The notes: generated by a model from the sequence alone, not told the origin. DNA of 64,000 nt from Gemmatimonadota bacterium (GCA_034521595.1 JAXHMG010000003.1:2848001-2912000), one strand, 5' to 3'; numbered from the stretch's first letter, positions 18,395-28,527 are shown. Translations and numbers: made by a program.

Positions 18395-19261
18395 CTACAG
18401 GCTGAAGTCCGTCAGAAGCCGTTTTTCCTCGTCGCCGAGCTTCGCCTCGATCTCCAGATAATGCTCGATGCCGCTCCCGTTCAGCTTGTTGCGCAGAAGC
18501 TGGTCGAGCTGGAACAAGCCCGCGGAGTTGGAGAGCTCCACGGTGATCCGGATGGGCTTCTCTTCACCACGCTCCAGCGACACCGAGTCCACCGCGGCCG
18601 CCGACACGGAATGGATGGAGAGGGAGCCCGCGGAAAAGGGAATGCGGGACCGCCCCTTGGCCATGTCCAGCGCGTCGGCGATGCGCACGACTCCGGCCTC
18701 CAGCGTGAGCGGCTTCCCGCCCGAACGGTGGGCGATGATCGCGTGCAGGATCTCCGAGCGGATCACCGTGCACCTGCGGAGATCGTAGATCTCGGGCAGC
18801 ATCGTCCGGAGCTTGGCGGTCGCGATGAAGAGGCTGTACGACTCGTGATCCTGTCGGTGGATCGACATGCCCACGTCGTGCATGAGGGCCGCCAGCGCCA
18901 CGACCACCTCCGCGTCCTCGGGGTCGAGCTGGTAGTTGCGGACCACGCTCGGCTCCACTCCGGCGTCGACCAGGAGACGTAGCATGCGGACCGCGATGTT
19001 CATGACGATCTTCACGTGCACGGGGCCGTGATCCGTCATCCCGAGCCGCTCCACCGCGTTCACGTTGGCCGCGAGCCAGAGGCCATAGAGGTCGTCGTCG
19101 TCGTTCACCATCTCCATGGCACGGCGCAGCTTCGGATTGTGGCGATCCGGAACGGCCATCTCGATCCTGCGCTCGAAGCGCTCGTCGACACCCCGCACCA
19201 GGTCGTCCAACGCGGGTGCGACCTCGGTATCGAAATAACCTCCGGGCCTGGATGCGCTCAC
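18395..19261 (-). CDS. HD-domain metal-dependent phosphohydrolase (COG3294-like)
   Basis: DHGPVH, MHDVG, IIAH and ADALDM HD-superfamily motifs. Confidence 0.85.
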   Translation of the reverse strand: MSASRPGGYFDTEVAPALDDLVRGVDERFERRIEMAVPDRHNPKLRRAMEMVNDDDDLYGLWLAANVNAVERLGMTDHGPVHVKIVMNIAVRMLRLLVDAGVEPSVVRNYQLDPEDAEVVVALAALMHDVGMSIHRQDHESYSLFIATAKLRTMLPEIYDLRRCTVIRSEILHAIIAHRSGGKPLTLEAGVVRIADALDMAKGRSRIPFSAGSLSIHSVSAAAVDSVSLERGEEKPIRITVELSNSAGLFQLDQLLRNKLNGSGIEHYLEIEAKLGDEEKRLLTDFSL

Positions 19262-19270
19262 GGTCAGAGC

Positions 19271-19678
19271 TCAGCGGCCACGTCGGAGCAAGCGCACCAC
19301 CGCGAGCCCCGCGGCCGCTCCGATGAGGGCGCCGCCGAAAACGATGCGCTTCCGGTCACGATCATGCCAGCTGACCGAACCGGGCATGCCTCCGCCCGTG
19401 CTCTCCTCCCTGCTCTCGACGGTTTCGTCGTAGGCGCCTTCCCACCCACAGTCCGGGCATTCCAGCACGTCCCGATCCCGAGCCGTCCGGTTGGGATACG
19501 CTACCTCCGCGCCGCAGATGGGACATTCCACACCCGCGGCGAGCGGACCGATCATCCCGTAGAGCCCGCTCTTGGAGAGGTCGAGCCGTTCGGCGATCCG
19601 GTTCACGCTCTCATCCGAGCTCCAATAGAGGTCGTTCGCGCGACGCGTGATGTTCCGTTCTTGCCTTGCCGCTGCCAT
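19271..19678 (-). CDS. Hypothetical protein with HTH, zinc ribbon and C-terminal TM helix
   Basis: SVNRIAERLDLSKSGLY (HTH-like), CPICG...CPDCG, and a hydrophobic C-terminus. Confidence 0.7.
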   Translation of the reverse strand: MAAARQERNITRRANDLYWSSDESVNRIAERLDLSKSGLYGMIGPLAAGVECPICGAEVAYPNRTARDRDVLECPDCGWEGAYDETVESREESTGGGMPGSVSWHDRDRKRIVFGGALIGAAAGLAVVRLLRRGR

Positions 19679-19800
19679 GGTGCTCCCGTAAGTCGGGTTG
19701 ACCCTCGATCTCGTGACGATGAACATAGCTGGCACCTCCCGGTCTCGCACGGATCCGGCGCATCCGGGGGAAACGGCGCGCGCTACCCGAGGAGGCCGTC

Positions 19801-20055
19801 ATGCGCAGTCGAGAGCGTGTGCTCCAGAGTCTCGAGAAGGTTTACCGTTCGGCGTTCAGCGAAGCCGAGGAAGCGAACGACACGGAACGGATGCAGCAAC
19901 TCGACCTGGAGTATCAAAAAGACCAGATCCAGCTCGAAGTGTTGCTCGACATCCGCGAGCTCCTGGCCTTGCCGCCCACCGAAGAAGCCGGCGAAGACCA
20001 GACCTCGCTCTTCGACCGGGCGCAGCAGCTCCGAAACCTGACCAAACTCCGCTAG
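19801..20055 (+). CDS. Hypothetical helical protein
   Basis: GAGG RBS, protein-like composition, and leads directly into the adenosyltransferase gene. Confidence 0.65.
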   Translation: MRSRERVLQSLEKVYRSAFSEAEEANDTERMQQLDLEYQKDQIQLEVLLDIRELLALPPTEEAGEDQTSLFDRAQQLRNLTKLR

Positions 20056-20065
20056 CGACGGGTCG

Positions 20066-20620
20066 ATGAAAATCTACACACGCGCGGGCGACAGCGGAGG
20101 GACCTCCCTGTTCGGGGGCGGCCGGGTGCCGAAGAGCCATGCCCGCGTCGAAGCGTACGGAACCGTCGACGAGTTGAACGCAGTCCTCGGACAGGCGATC
20201 GTCCAGGTCGGCGACCCGGACATCGTGGGGCACCTCCAAGCCGTGCAGCACGACCTCTTCACCCTGGGATCCGACCTGGCGACGCCCCCGGCTCGGGAGG
20301 GCCGGGATCAGCCGGTGACGCCCACGCTTCCGACCGACCGAGTCAGCCGGATGGAAGCATGGATCGATGCCGCGGACGAAGAGCTCGCTCCGCTGCGCGC
20401 GTTCGTGCTGCCGGGCGGCTCCGGCGGAGCCGCGGCGCTCCACCTGGCACGCACGGTGTGCCGGCGGGCCGAGCGGAGGGTCGTGGACCTCGCCGACGCC
20501 GAACCGGTCGGCGAGCAGATCGTCCCGTACCTCAACCGGCTGTCCGACCTCCTCTTCACCTTCGCCCGCCTCGAGAATCACCGCGCCGGAATCCCCGACG
20601 TCGAATGGGAGAAACCGTGA
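20066..20620 (+). CDS. pduO: Cob(I)alamin adenosyltransferase, PduO type
   Basis: KIYTRAGDSG, AYGTVDELN, CRRAER and YLNRLSDLLF. Confidence 0.92.
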   Translation: MKIYTRAGDSGGTSLFGGGRVPKSHARVEAYGTVDELNAVLGQAIVQVGDPDIVGHLQAVQHDLFTLGSDLATPPAREGRDQPVTPTLPTDRVSRMEAWIDAADEELAPLRAFVLPGGSGGAAALHLARTVCRRAERRVVDLADAEPVGEQIVPYLNRLSDLLFTFARLENHRAGIPDVEWEKP

Positions 20621-21453
20621 GATCCACACCGTTTACGCTCGAGCCCCGTGCCGGAGACGTCATCCGGGGCGACATCCGGCTGCCCGACGCCGAAGGAGCC
20701 CGCCCGGAGACGGCGGTCATCGTCGTCCACGGGTTCAAGGGCTTCAAGGATTGGGCATTCTTCCCCCATGTGTGCGAGCGGCTCGCGGCCGCGGGGCACG
20801 CCGTGATCTCGTTCAACTTCTCACACAACGGCGTCGGCCCCGACCTCGAGCACTTCAGCGAGTTGGAGAAGTTCGGAGAGAACACCCTCTCGCTCGAGCT
20901 GGACGAGCTGCGGCTGGTGCTGGACGAGGTGTGCTCCGGGGCGCTGCTCGGATGGATCCCCGAAGAGGTGGGCCTTCTCGGGCACAGCCGTGGCGGCGGA
21001 CAAGCGATCCTCGCCACCCATGAGGACGGGCGGGTGGCATCGTTGGTGACGTGGGCGGCCGTGGCGGACTTCGACCGTTGGACGGACGAGACGAAGGAAG
21101 CGTGGCGCGAGGACGGGCGGATCTGGATCGCGAACCAGCGGACCGGTCAGCAGATGCCGTTGGACCTGACCCTCCTGGAAGACTTCGAGCGGAATCGGGA
21201 GCGCCTGGACATCCTCACCGCGGCGAAGAGCGTCCCCGTCCCGTGGCTCATCGTTCACGGCCGGGAGGACGCGAGCGTCTCTCCCGAGGACGGGCGCGCC
21301 CTGGACGAGGCATCGACGACGGGGAACCTCCGTTGGGTCGAGAGTGCCGGACACACCTTCGAAGCCCGCCATCCGTTCACGGAAAGCCCACCGGAGCTCG
21401 ACGAGGCGCTCAGCGCCACCCTCGAGCACTTCGACCGCACCCTCCGGGGCTGA
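20617..21453 (+). CDS. Alpha/beta hydrolase
   Basis: HGFKGFKDW, GHSRGG nucleophile elbow, HGREDASV and GHTF. GTGA overlap with pduO. Confidence 0.88.
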   Translation: MRSTPFTLEPRAGDVIRGDIRLPDAEGARPETAVIVVHGFKGFKDWAFFPHVCERLAAAGHAVISFNFSHNGVGPDLEHFSELEKFGENTLSLELDELRLVLDEVCSGALLGWIPEEVGLLGHSRGGGQAILATHEDGRVASLVTWAAVADFDRWTDETKEAWREDGRIWIANQRTGQQMPLDLTLLEDFERNRERLDILTAAKSVPVPWLIVHGREDASVSPEDGRALDEASTTGNLRWVESAGHTFEARHPFTESPPELDEALSATLEHFDRTLRG

Positions 21454-21488
21454 CGCCCGCATTGAGCGGGAGCGGCCGGGGCGAAGCG

Positions 21489-22043
21489 ATGGCGGCATCC
21501 GTCGCCGCCACCTGCGAGCGGCGGAGCTTTTCGGCACCCGACATCGAGACCGTCCGGAAGGCGCTCCACCTCGCCATGGAGCCGCGGGAGGCCGCTCTGG
21601 ACGACGACCATCACCCCGCCTTCCTGCATCCGGGCCGCGTGGCCCTGGTCCTCCTCAACGACGTGGACGGCGCACCCGCCCCTGCCGTCGTGCTCGGGAC
21701 GCTCCTGGAGTCGCGCGACCCGCAGCTTCGAGCCGACTCCGAAAAGGTCGCGGAGGCCTTCGGGACCCAGGTCGCCGACGCCCGGTCCTCGGTGCCCGCT
21801 CCGGGCGCACCGGACCTGGCGGAGCGCCTGGTCACGCTCCCGCCGGATATAGCCCTCGGGGCGCTCGCCGAACGGCTGGACCACCTGCGCCACGAGCACC
21901 TGCGCGAGCCCGTGATCCCCTGGGCCACGCTCGTCGACGAAGTCTCCGGCGTGTGGCTCCCGGTCGCGGAGCGTGCCTCGGAAGCCCTGGCGCGCCGGTA
22001 CCGCCATTGGCTTCGGACCTTCAGAAGAAGAGCGAGGGTATAG
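21489..22043 (+). CDS. Hypothetical protein, degenerate HD / RelA-SpoT hydrolase-like fold
   Basis: FLHPGRVALVL...LLES...FGTQVA...LAERLDHLR resembles the Mesh1/SpoT HD fold but lacks the HD dyad. Start uncertain. Confidence 0.55.
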   Translation: MAASVAATCERRSFSAPDIETVRKALHLAMEPREAALDDDHHPAFLHPGRVALVLLNDVDGAPAPAVVLGTLLESRDPQLRADSEKVAEAFGTQVADARSSVPAPGAPDLAERLVTLPPDIALGALAERLDHLRHEHLREPVIPWATLVDEVSGVWLPVAERASEALARRYRHWLRTFRRRARV

Positions 22044-22218
22044 CCTCGCCCTGGGAACGCCGACGGCGACCCGGCGATACGCCGGTCACGAGGTGGTCGG
22101 CTCGAGGCGTTCTTCTGAAGCTTGCGACCGATCCGCGCTTTGATTATCGGTTCACCTCACGTGCGGCAACCCGCGCGGGCGGTCGCTCGCGACACGCAAC
22201 CAAGGATGTTTGCGAATC

Positions 22219-22452
22219 ATGACATATATCATCACCGAGCCATGCATCGAGACGAAGGACGCGAGTTGCGTGGAGGTGTGCCCGGTAGACTGCATCTACG
22301 AAGGTGAAGATCAGTTCTATATCCATCCGGACGAGTGCATCGACTGCGGAGCCTGTGAGCCCGAGTGTCCCGTCCAGGCGATCTTTCCCGACACCGACGT
22401 TCCACCCGAGTGGACGAGCTACGTCGAGAAGAACAAGGCGCACTTCGAGTAG
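22219..22452 (+). CDS. fdxA: 7Fe ([3Fe-4S]/[4Fe-4S]) ferredoxin
   Basis: [27 protein letters not shown] and [16 protein letters not shown]. Confidence 0.93.
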   Translation: MTYIITEPCIETKDASCVEVCPVDCIYEGEDQFYIHPDECIDCGACEPECPVQAIFPDTDVPPEWTSYVEKNKAHFE

Positions 22453-22503
22453 CGCCGAGCTGCGGAACCCGATCCCCGGACATTTCGGAATGGCACGAGA
22501 AAG

Positions 22504-22540
22504 AGCGGCGAGGGAGACCCGGTCCCCCTCGCCGCTTTTA
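22504..22540 (+). terminator. Intrinsic terminator after the ferredoxin gene
   Basis: Stem AGCGGCGAGGG (22504-14) / CCCTCGCCGCT (22526-36) followed by T residues, between convergent genes. Confidence 0.7.
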
Positions 22541-22567
22541 CGTGATGCCTTCGCTGCCGCGGACCCG

Positions 22568-22741
22568 TCAGAAGCCGACCGCGCGCAACCGTTCGAGCGA
22601 GACCTGCTGCTGAGGCACTTCACCTTCATCGGTCAGGGCGCGCGGACCTTTGACGTCCATCGGCTCACGCTGTTGACGCACCAGCACGAGTGTCGTCGCG
22701 AGCGCCGTGGCACCGAGCAATCCGACAACCAGTTTCTTCAT
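22568..22741 (-). CDS. Small membrane-anchored hypothetical protein (57 aa)
   Basis: GGAG RBS and an MKKLVVGLLGATALATTLVLVR hydrophobic N-terminus. Confidence 0.55.
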   Translation of the reverse strand: MKKLVVGLLGATALATTLVLVRQQREPMDVKGPRALTDEGEVPQQQVSLERLRAVGF

Positions 22742-22953
22742 GGCACTCTCCGAAAGGGCGGAAGGTCTGTCCGCCCCGGAAAGCAAAACGCGAGCCACGG
22801 CGGACCTCGCCCGTACATACCCCTGATCGGGCGTTTCGTCCCGCCGAACCGGGCGGGAAGTGCTGCGGCACCGCACCAGTCGTGCGGTCCGAACGCAGCA
22901 ATCACGACGACCGGTGACCGCGATCCGACGCCCGGCGTCGGAGATGTCGAACG

Positions 22954-24141
22954 GTGACGCCTCCCGGCGGCGGCAGCGAGACGTACGCGGCCGATCCCGT
23001 GGCCCTCGCACAGGCACTGGTTCGGATTCCGTCCGTCAATCCCGGGCTCGAAGCCGAGGGTGCGGGCGAACGTGCAATGGGCGATTTCTGTGCGCGCCTC
23101 CTGGAGCAGTGGGGGCTGGACTACCGCAGCTACGAGGCCGCCCCCGGACGCCCGAACGTCGTGGCCGAGCTACCCGGAACGGGTCCGACCCTCCTCCTGA
23201 ACGGTCACCTCGACACGGTGGGCGTAGCCGGGATGAAGGAAGACCCTTTTTCCGGCGCCCTCCGGGACGGGACGCTCCGCGGTCGGGGCGCCTGCGACAT
23301 GAAGGGCGGCGTCGCCGCCATCCTGACGACGGCGCGCGAGCTGGCCGGCGTCCCGGTAACGGAGCGACCGCACCTGACGGTAGCCCTCACGTCCGACGAA
23401 GAGCATGCCAGCGTCGGAATGGAGCGTCTGGTCCGCGACGGCATCCATGCGGACTTCGGCATCATTTGTGAGCCGACCGAGCTGAGCGTGATGCCGGCGC
23501 ACAAGGGGTTCATCTGGCTGCGCGTGACTTTCGGTGGCCACGCCGCGCACGGCTCCCGCCCCGACCTGGGTGTGGACGCGATCCGACACGCGGGCCGGTA
23601 CCTCGCGCTCGTGGACCGTATCGAAGCCGACCTGCGGGAGCGCCCGCCCCATCCACTGTTGGGACACGCCTCCTTTCATGCCGGCACGATCCGGGGCGGC
23701 TCCGCGGCGTCGGTATACCCGGACGGCTGCGAGCTCGTGCTGGAACGCCGCACCCTTCCGGGGGAGACGAAGGACGAGGTCGTACGCCCCTTCCTGGACG
23801 CGCTCGACACACTCCGTTCCGAACACGACCAGGTCGACGCCCGGCTCGACGTGACGCTGGAGCGACCGGGCAGCGAGGTGTCCGCGGACGAGTCCCGCGT
23901 CGCGGCGCTCCTCGACGCCGTTCGGACGTCCGGCCGCGAGGGCTCGATCCGGGGCATGACCGCCTGGGTCGACGCGGCGTACCTCAACGAAGCCGGAGTG
24001 CCGACGGTGTGCTTCGGGCCGGGCTCCCTCGAGCAAGCGCACACCGCCGACGAGTGGGCCTGCGTGGACGAGATCCGGAGCTGCGCCAACACCCTGCAGC
24101 GCTTCGCGCGGGGACTGGTCCCGAACGGCCCCAAGGGTTAA
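22954..24141 (+). CDS. M20 family ArgE/DapE-like deacylase
   Basis: LNGHLDTV, GRGACDMKGG, DEE, ICEPT, AAHGS and AHTADE. Confidence 0.9.
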   Translation: MTPPGGGSETYAADPVALAQALVRIPSVNPGLEAEGAGERAMGDFCARLLEQWGLDYRSYEAAPGRPNVVAELPGTGPTLLLNGHLDTVGVAGMKEDPFSGALRDGTLRGRGACDMKGGVAAILTTARELAGVPVTERPHLTVALTSDEEHASVGMERLVRDGIHADFGIICEPTELSVMPAHKGFIWLRVTFGGHAAHGSRPDLGVDAIRHAGRYLALVDRIEADLRERPPHPLLGHASFHAGTIRGGSAASVYPDGCELVLERRTLPGETKDEVVRPFLDALDTLRSEHDQVDARLDVTLERPGSEVSADESRVAALLDAVRTSGREGSIRGMTAWVDAAYLNEAGVPTVCFGPGSLEQAHTADEWACVDEIRSCANTLQRFARGLVPNGPKG

Positions 24142-24150
24142 CGATGCCTC

Positions 24151-24843
24151 ATGTCGACGCCTGACGAATCACACCGCCCCCCTCCGCTCGAGCGGAGTCG
24201 CCAGAAGGCCGTGGATGAGCTCTGCGAGCACTTCGCGAACGACCGGCTGACGGTCGAGGAGTTCGAGCGCCGCGTGGACTCCGCGCACCAAGCCCGGACG
24301 AGCGCAGAGCTCCGCGGCTTGCTGGACGACCTCCCCCAGTCACGGAACACGGCCGTGACACACGGAAGGGAATCATCGTCCTCCGACTCCGAGACCCGGT
24401 ACACCTTGGCCGAGCCGGACCGGGTGAAGGACCGGGGGATCGTGATCGCGGTCCTTGGCGGAACGGGCCGCAAAGGCAGGTGGAGCCCGGCGCGAAGCAA
24501 CTTCGTCCTCGCCGTCATGGGGGGCGCGGAGCTCGATTTCCGCGAGGCGGTGCTCCCTCCCGGCGTCACGGAGGTGCAGATCTATACCGTCTGGGGTGGC
24601 GTGGACATCGTCGTGCCGCCGGACATCCATGTGGAAAGCCACGGATTCGCGTTGCTCGGCGGCTTCGAGCATGCTGCCGGGGACGCGGTGGATCCCGCCC
24701 CCGGCACACCGACCCTACGCATCACGGGGATGGCGATCATGGGCGGCGTGGACATCAACGTGCGGCGCCCCGGGGAAACGGTACGGGACGCCAGGCGCCG
24801 CCGCCGCCTGGAGCGCAAGCAGCGACGGCGCAACGAGGACTGA
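24151..24843 (+). CDS. DUF1707 (SHOCT-like) plus LiaF-like C-terminal domain protein
   Basis: LCEHFANDRLTVEEFERR...LLDDLP, followed by AVMGGAELDFR and VWGGVDIVVP repeats. Confidence 0.82.
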   Translation: MSTPDESHRPPPLERSRQKAVDELCEHFANDRLTVEEFERRVDSAHQARTSAELRGLLDDLPQSRNTAVTHGRESSSSDSETRYTLAEPDRVKDRGIVIAVLGGTGRKGRWSPARSNFVLAVMGGAELDFREAVLPPGVTEVQIYTVWGGVDIVVPPDIHVESHGFALLGGFEHAAGDAVDPAPGTPTLRITGMAIMGGVDINVRRPGETVRDARRRRRLERKQRRRNED

Positions 24844-24913
24844 CCGCGGAGCCGCAGCAGCCGGTGCCGGAACGGGCCGAGGCCCGACTCCGGCTATCCG
24901 GCGTACCGGGTCG

Positions 24914-25783
24914 TCATCCCCCGAGCGTGCGGTCCAGGTAAGCCTTCAGCCGCGTCCACGCGTCGAGCGCCGGCTCCGTGCGGGTCTCCGGGTCCTCGTC
25001 GACCCGCAGCCAGAAGCCGTGATCCACGGCATCGTAGATGTGGAGGTCGTGGTCCAACCCGACGGAGTCCAAGGCCTCCTCGAACGCTTGGACATCTTCG
25101 GGCGACGGCCCGTTGTCCAGCCGGGCGAACGTCCCGTACACCTCGTGATCCATGCTCTCGAGCGTCTCCGGGTCGTCCACCAGACGGCCATAGAAGATGG
25201 CCGTCGCTTCGTGATTCTCCCCGTCCAGGCCGAAGGAGAGGGCGATCCCGCCGCCGAAGCACCACCCCATCGCGCCGACCCGTCCGGTCACGTCGGGACG
25301 GTCCTTCAGGTAGCTGACCGCGCCGTTCAGGTTCTCGACGACCCGCGGCATGTCGCTCATGGTCTCCTCGACGAGAGCCATGTTCTCTTCGGAGCTCGAG
25401 CCGGTGCGACCCTGATACAGGTCCGCCGCGAGCGTCACGTAGCCTTCCGCCGCGAAATCGTCGGCGATGTGCCGCACGCGGTCCACCAACCCGCCCCACT
25501 CATGGATGATGACCAGAGCCGGGAAGGGGCCTTCACCCTCCGGGACGGCGAGGTAGCCGGTCGTCGCGGTGTCCTCGGGCAAATAGTCGAGGTCCGCGCC
25601 TTCGAGCGTGCCGCCCTCCCCCACGATTGCAGAAGGCAGCTCTCCTTCACCGGTCGGGTCCACGGCGACCCGCGGCTCCGCCGAAGAAATCGAAGCCTCC
25701 GGAGCCCCTTCCGTGTCGTCTCCCGCACCTCCGCAGGCCGTGAGCATGGACAGGGTGACGACGACGGCAAACCTTCTCGACAT
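24914..25783 (-). CDS. Dienelactone hydrolase family lipoprotein
   Basis: Lipobox LTAC, IHEWGGL, GWCFGGG nucleophile and HGF. Confidence 0.9.
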   Translation of the reverse strand: MSRRFAVVVTLSMLTACGGAGDDTEGAPEASISSAEPRVAVDPTGEGELPSAIVGEGGTLEGADLDYLPEDTATTGYLAVPEGEGPFPALVIIHEWGGLVDRVRHIADDFAAEGYVTLAADLYQGRTGSSSEENMALVEETMSDMPRVVENLNGAVSYLKDRPDVTGRVGAMGWCFGGGIALSFGLDGENHEATAIFYGRLVDDPETLESMDHEVYGTFARLDNGPSPEDVQAFEEALDSVGLDHDLHIYDAVDHGFWLRVDEDPETRTEPALDAWTRLKAYLDRTLGG

Positions 25784-26196
25784 GGTTCCACTCCTGGATG
25801 AAAGCCCCGCGGATCCGGTGATCCCGGAACGCTCGGAAGACTCGCAAGGGACGACGGATCCGGCCCCGACGCAACCCGACGGCCCCGGACCGGCCGACAT
25901 CCACGGCGCGACCCACGGACCCGTCCACGATCGAGGACACAGGCCGGACACACACCGGCGAACCCACGGCCGAGGGACATGGCCACACCGCCCAACTAGC
26001 GCGCCACAACTGGCTTTCCCGTTGTTCGTCAGTGCTCGGAACCGGTCCGGCACGCCTCTTGTACCATGGAAGCACAGGTGACGAGATCCGCGAAATGCTG
26101 TAGGATCGAGTCCCGCGTCCGCGTCGGTAGAAACCCCGGCCGGAGCGTCCATACCATGAACGGCGAGCAGATCCTCGCTGAAGGACAGGAGATTGA

Positions 26197-26628
26197 ATGT
26201 TGCGTCAGAAGAGCAAGAAGCTTCTCTCGGCGATGGTCCTTCCGGTCGGCGTCGCGCTTGCGGTCCAGGGTAGCACCCCGGACGCACAGCCGGCCGACCG
26301 CGACGGGTCCGTGTGGACCCATCAGGCCGTCGACGTCAGCTACCAGGAAGATGTCGTCCCGATCCTCGAGGCTTCGTGCCTCGACTGCCACGGCGCCGAG
26401 AACGAGGACGGCGAGGTCGTGATCGAGCTGGGCTACGACATGACTACCTACGAGGGCCTCATGGCCGGTTCAGAATACGGCCCGGTCATCGAGCCCGGTG
26501 ATCCCGACGAGAGCCTCTTCCTCGACATGATCATCAACGGGGACATGCCGGAGGACGGTGACCCGCTTCCGGAGGAAGAGATCGAGATCATCCGGGCCTG
26601 GATCGCGGAAGGCGCACAGAACAACTGA
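26197..26628 (+). CDS. Monoheme cytochrome c (planctomycete cytochrome C type domain)
   Basis: Signal peptide, VSYQEDVVPIL, CLDCH, PGDPDES, MP and WIAEGA. Confidence 0.88.
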   Translation: MLRQKSKKLLSAMVLPVGVALAVQGSTPDAQPADRDGSVWTHQAVDVSYQEDVVPILEASCLDCHGAENEDGEVVIELGYDMTTYEGLMAGSEYGPVIEPGDPDESLFLDMIINGDMPEDGDPLPEEEIEIIRAWIAEGAQNN

Positions 26629-26661
26629 TGCCCGGGCGGGCGCTACGCGCCACCAAGCACG

Positions 26662-26704
26662 AAGGGCCGCACGCTCGGATGGAGCGTGCGGCCCTTTCGT
26701 TTGT
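26662..26704. terminator. Probable bidirectional intrinsic terminator
   Basis: Perfect 15-bp stem AAGGGCCGCACGCTC / GAGCGTGCGGCCCTT with a 5-nt loop and a T-rich tail, between the convergent cytochrome genes. Confidence 0.8.
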
Positions 26705-26736
26705 CCCGCAACCGAGGCCCGGCTGCTAACACCGGT

Positions 26737-28527
26737 TCATTGCTGCTCCGTCGGCCGGTACCAGTCTTCTCGGAGCCAGTCGACGAGCAGCCCCATCTCG
26801 CGCTCGGTCAGGATTCCGTCTTCGCCGAACGCCGGCATGCGGTCGTTGTCCGCTCCGTAGAGGGACGGATGCGCGGGGTTGTTCACCATCCGCAGCACCC
26901 ACTCACGCGAAGCCCAACCGGTGAGATCGGGACCGTCATCCTCCTCCCCTTCACCGTACACGGTGTGGCAGTCCTTGCAGTTGACCACCTCGTTGACGAC
27001 GGCCTCGCGCCCGCGCTCGATGTCCGCGGCCTCGGCCGAATCCAGCTCGGCCTGCAAAGGCAGGTTCGCTTCCGCCGAGAGCCACTTGATCACGTATTCG
27101 AGCTCGTCCCGCTGCTCGTCCGTCCACGCGTTCGGAATCCCCCGCTGAACGAAGCGGACCATGTCCCCGTTGCGGAACTCGGTTCCGCCGAAGTACTCCA
27201 GCGTGTTCACCCGGTCGGGATCGAAGAGGCCCTCGAGCCACTCTCGGCTGCCGAAGCCGGCCAGGTCCGAGGCGGTCGGCTCTTCGGCCGGAGGCAACCC
27301 CGTCCCGTCGTGCCCCTCGTACGTATGGCAGCTCGCACAGTTGCTGTTGAAGAGCTTCGGGCCCTGGGTCAACGGATCGTTGCGGAGCAGCTCGAGGGCG
27401 CCCGTGGGGGGAATCCCCGCCGGGGCGTTCGCGAGCTCCCGGACCCTGTGAGCGGCTTGCTCCGCCTCCTCCTGCGCGACCGCGAACTCCTCGTCTCCCG
27501 CGTCCTGCGCGTACGCGAGCACGGTCAGCAGGCCGATGCCCGCGATGAGCGCGCCCATGAGACCGAGATTGAAGCGATGCCCGAGTTGCCAGTTGCCGAT
27601 GATCGGCATGAGGGCGACGACCGCCACGATCGCGCCCGGAATGATCATCGCTCCGACCACCTCCCACCCCGCCGGGAAGTATTTCAGCCACTGGAACAGG
27701 AACATGAAGTACCACTCGGGGCGGGCAGCCGCGTACGGCTCCGTCGGGTCCGCCGGAGCACCCAACTCCGCGCCACCGGTCACGAAGACCAGCACCAGCA
27801 CCGTGGCCATCACGGCCAGCATGGCGACCGCGTCCCGGAACACCTGCTCCGGCCAGAACGTGGCTTCCGGCGCACGCTCGGGATCCTTGACGGTGATCCC
27901 GTGATGTCGGAACAGATACACGTGCCCCACGATGAGGGCCACGATGAGCGCCGGAATGATGCCCGCGTGGACGGCGAAAAACCGGGTGAGCGTAAGGTGA
28001 CCGTACTCGGCCCCGCCCACCATGAAACGCTGGACCTCGGGGCCGACGAACGGAGTGATGGCCGCGATGCTCGTCGCGACCTTGGTCGCCCAGAAGCCTT
28101 TCTGGTCCCAGGGCAACAAGTACCCCGTGAGGCCGAGTCCCAGCACCAGGCCGAGCAGGCCGAGCCCGAACCAGAAGTTGACTTCCCTCGGTGCACGGTA
28201 CGCCCCGTCGATCACCACCTGCATGAGGTGCAGCAACAGCAGCACGATCGTGACGTGCGCCATGTAGTGGTGGATGCCACGCAGCATCCAGCCACCCCAC
28301 ATCTCGTACTGGATGAAGTAGACGCTCTCCCAGGCCCCCTGCGCGTTCGCGCTATAGGCCGCCCACAGGATGAGCCCGGTGATGAACTGAACGCCGATGG
28401 CGAAGGCGAGCGTGCTGCCCCATACGTAACGCCACCGGGCGCCTCCCGGAATCCGCTCGTAGAGGGCTTCGCTCAGGATGCTCCGATAGCCGGTTCGGTT
28501 GTCGAGCCAATCGAGTAGCGCCCTCAT
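26737..28527 (-). CDS. qcrB: Cytochrome b of a Rieske/cytb complex fused to a diheme cytochrome c domain
   Basis: RGIHHY, LLHLM, TGYLLPWDQ, FAVH, GHVY and PEWY (Qo motif). C-terminal CASCH and CKDCH. Confidence 0.9.
   Translation of the reverse strand: MRALLDWLDNRTGYRSILSEALYERIPGGARWRYVWGSTLAFAIGVQFITGLILWAAYSANAQGAWESVYFIQYEMWGGWMLRGIHHYMAHVTIVLLLLHLMQVVIDGAYRAPREVNFWFGLGLLGLVLGLGLTGYLLPWDQKGFWATKVATSIAAITPFVGPEVQRFMVGGAEYGHLTLTRFFAVHAGIIPALIVALIVGHVYLFRHHGITVKDPERAPEATFWPEQVFRDAVAMLAVMATVLVLVFVTGGAELGAPADPTEPYAAARPEWYFMFLFQWLKYFPAGWEVVGAMIIPGAIVAVVALMPIIGNWQLGHRFNLGLMGALIAGIGLLTVLAYAQDAGDEEFAVAQEEAEQAAHRVRELANAPAGIPPTGALELLRNDPLTQGPKLFNSNCASCHTYEGHDGTGLPPAEEPTASDLAGFGSREWLEGLFDPDRVNTLEYFGGTEFRNGDMVRFVQRGIPNAWTDEQRDELEYVIKWLSAEANLPLQAELDSAEAADIERGREAVVNEVVNCKDCHTVYGEGEEDDGPDLTGWASREWVLRMVNNPAHPSLYGADNDRMPAFGEDGILTEREMGLLVDWLREDWYRPTEQQ

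Noticed and set aside
20056-20066. Cobalamin riboswitch upstream of pduO
   Set aside because: The gap from the upstream gene is only 10 bp, and I saw no B12-box-like sequence ahead of the operon.
25784-26196. ~410-bp intergenic region as a possible ncRNA or riboswitch
   Set aside because: I could not recognise a conserved motif or convincing structure by eye. It is probably a divergent promoter region, and an Rfam scan would be needed to settle it.
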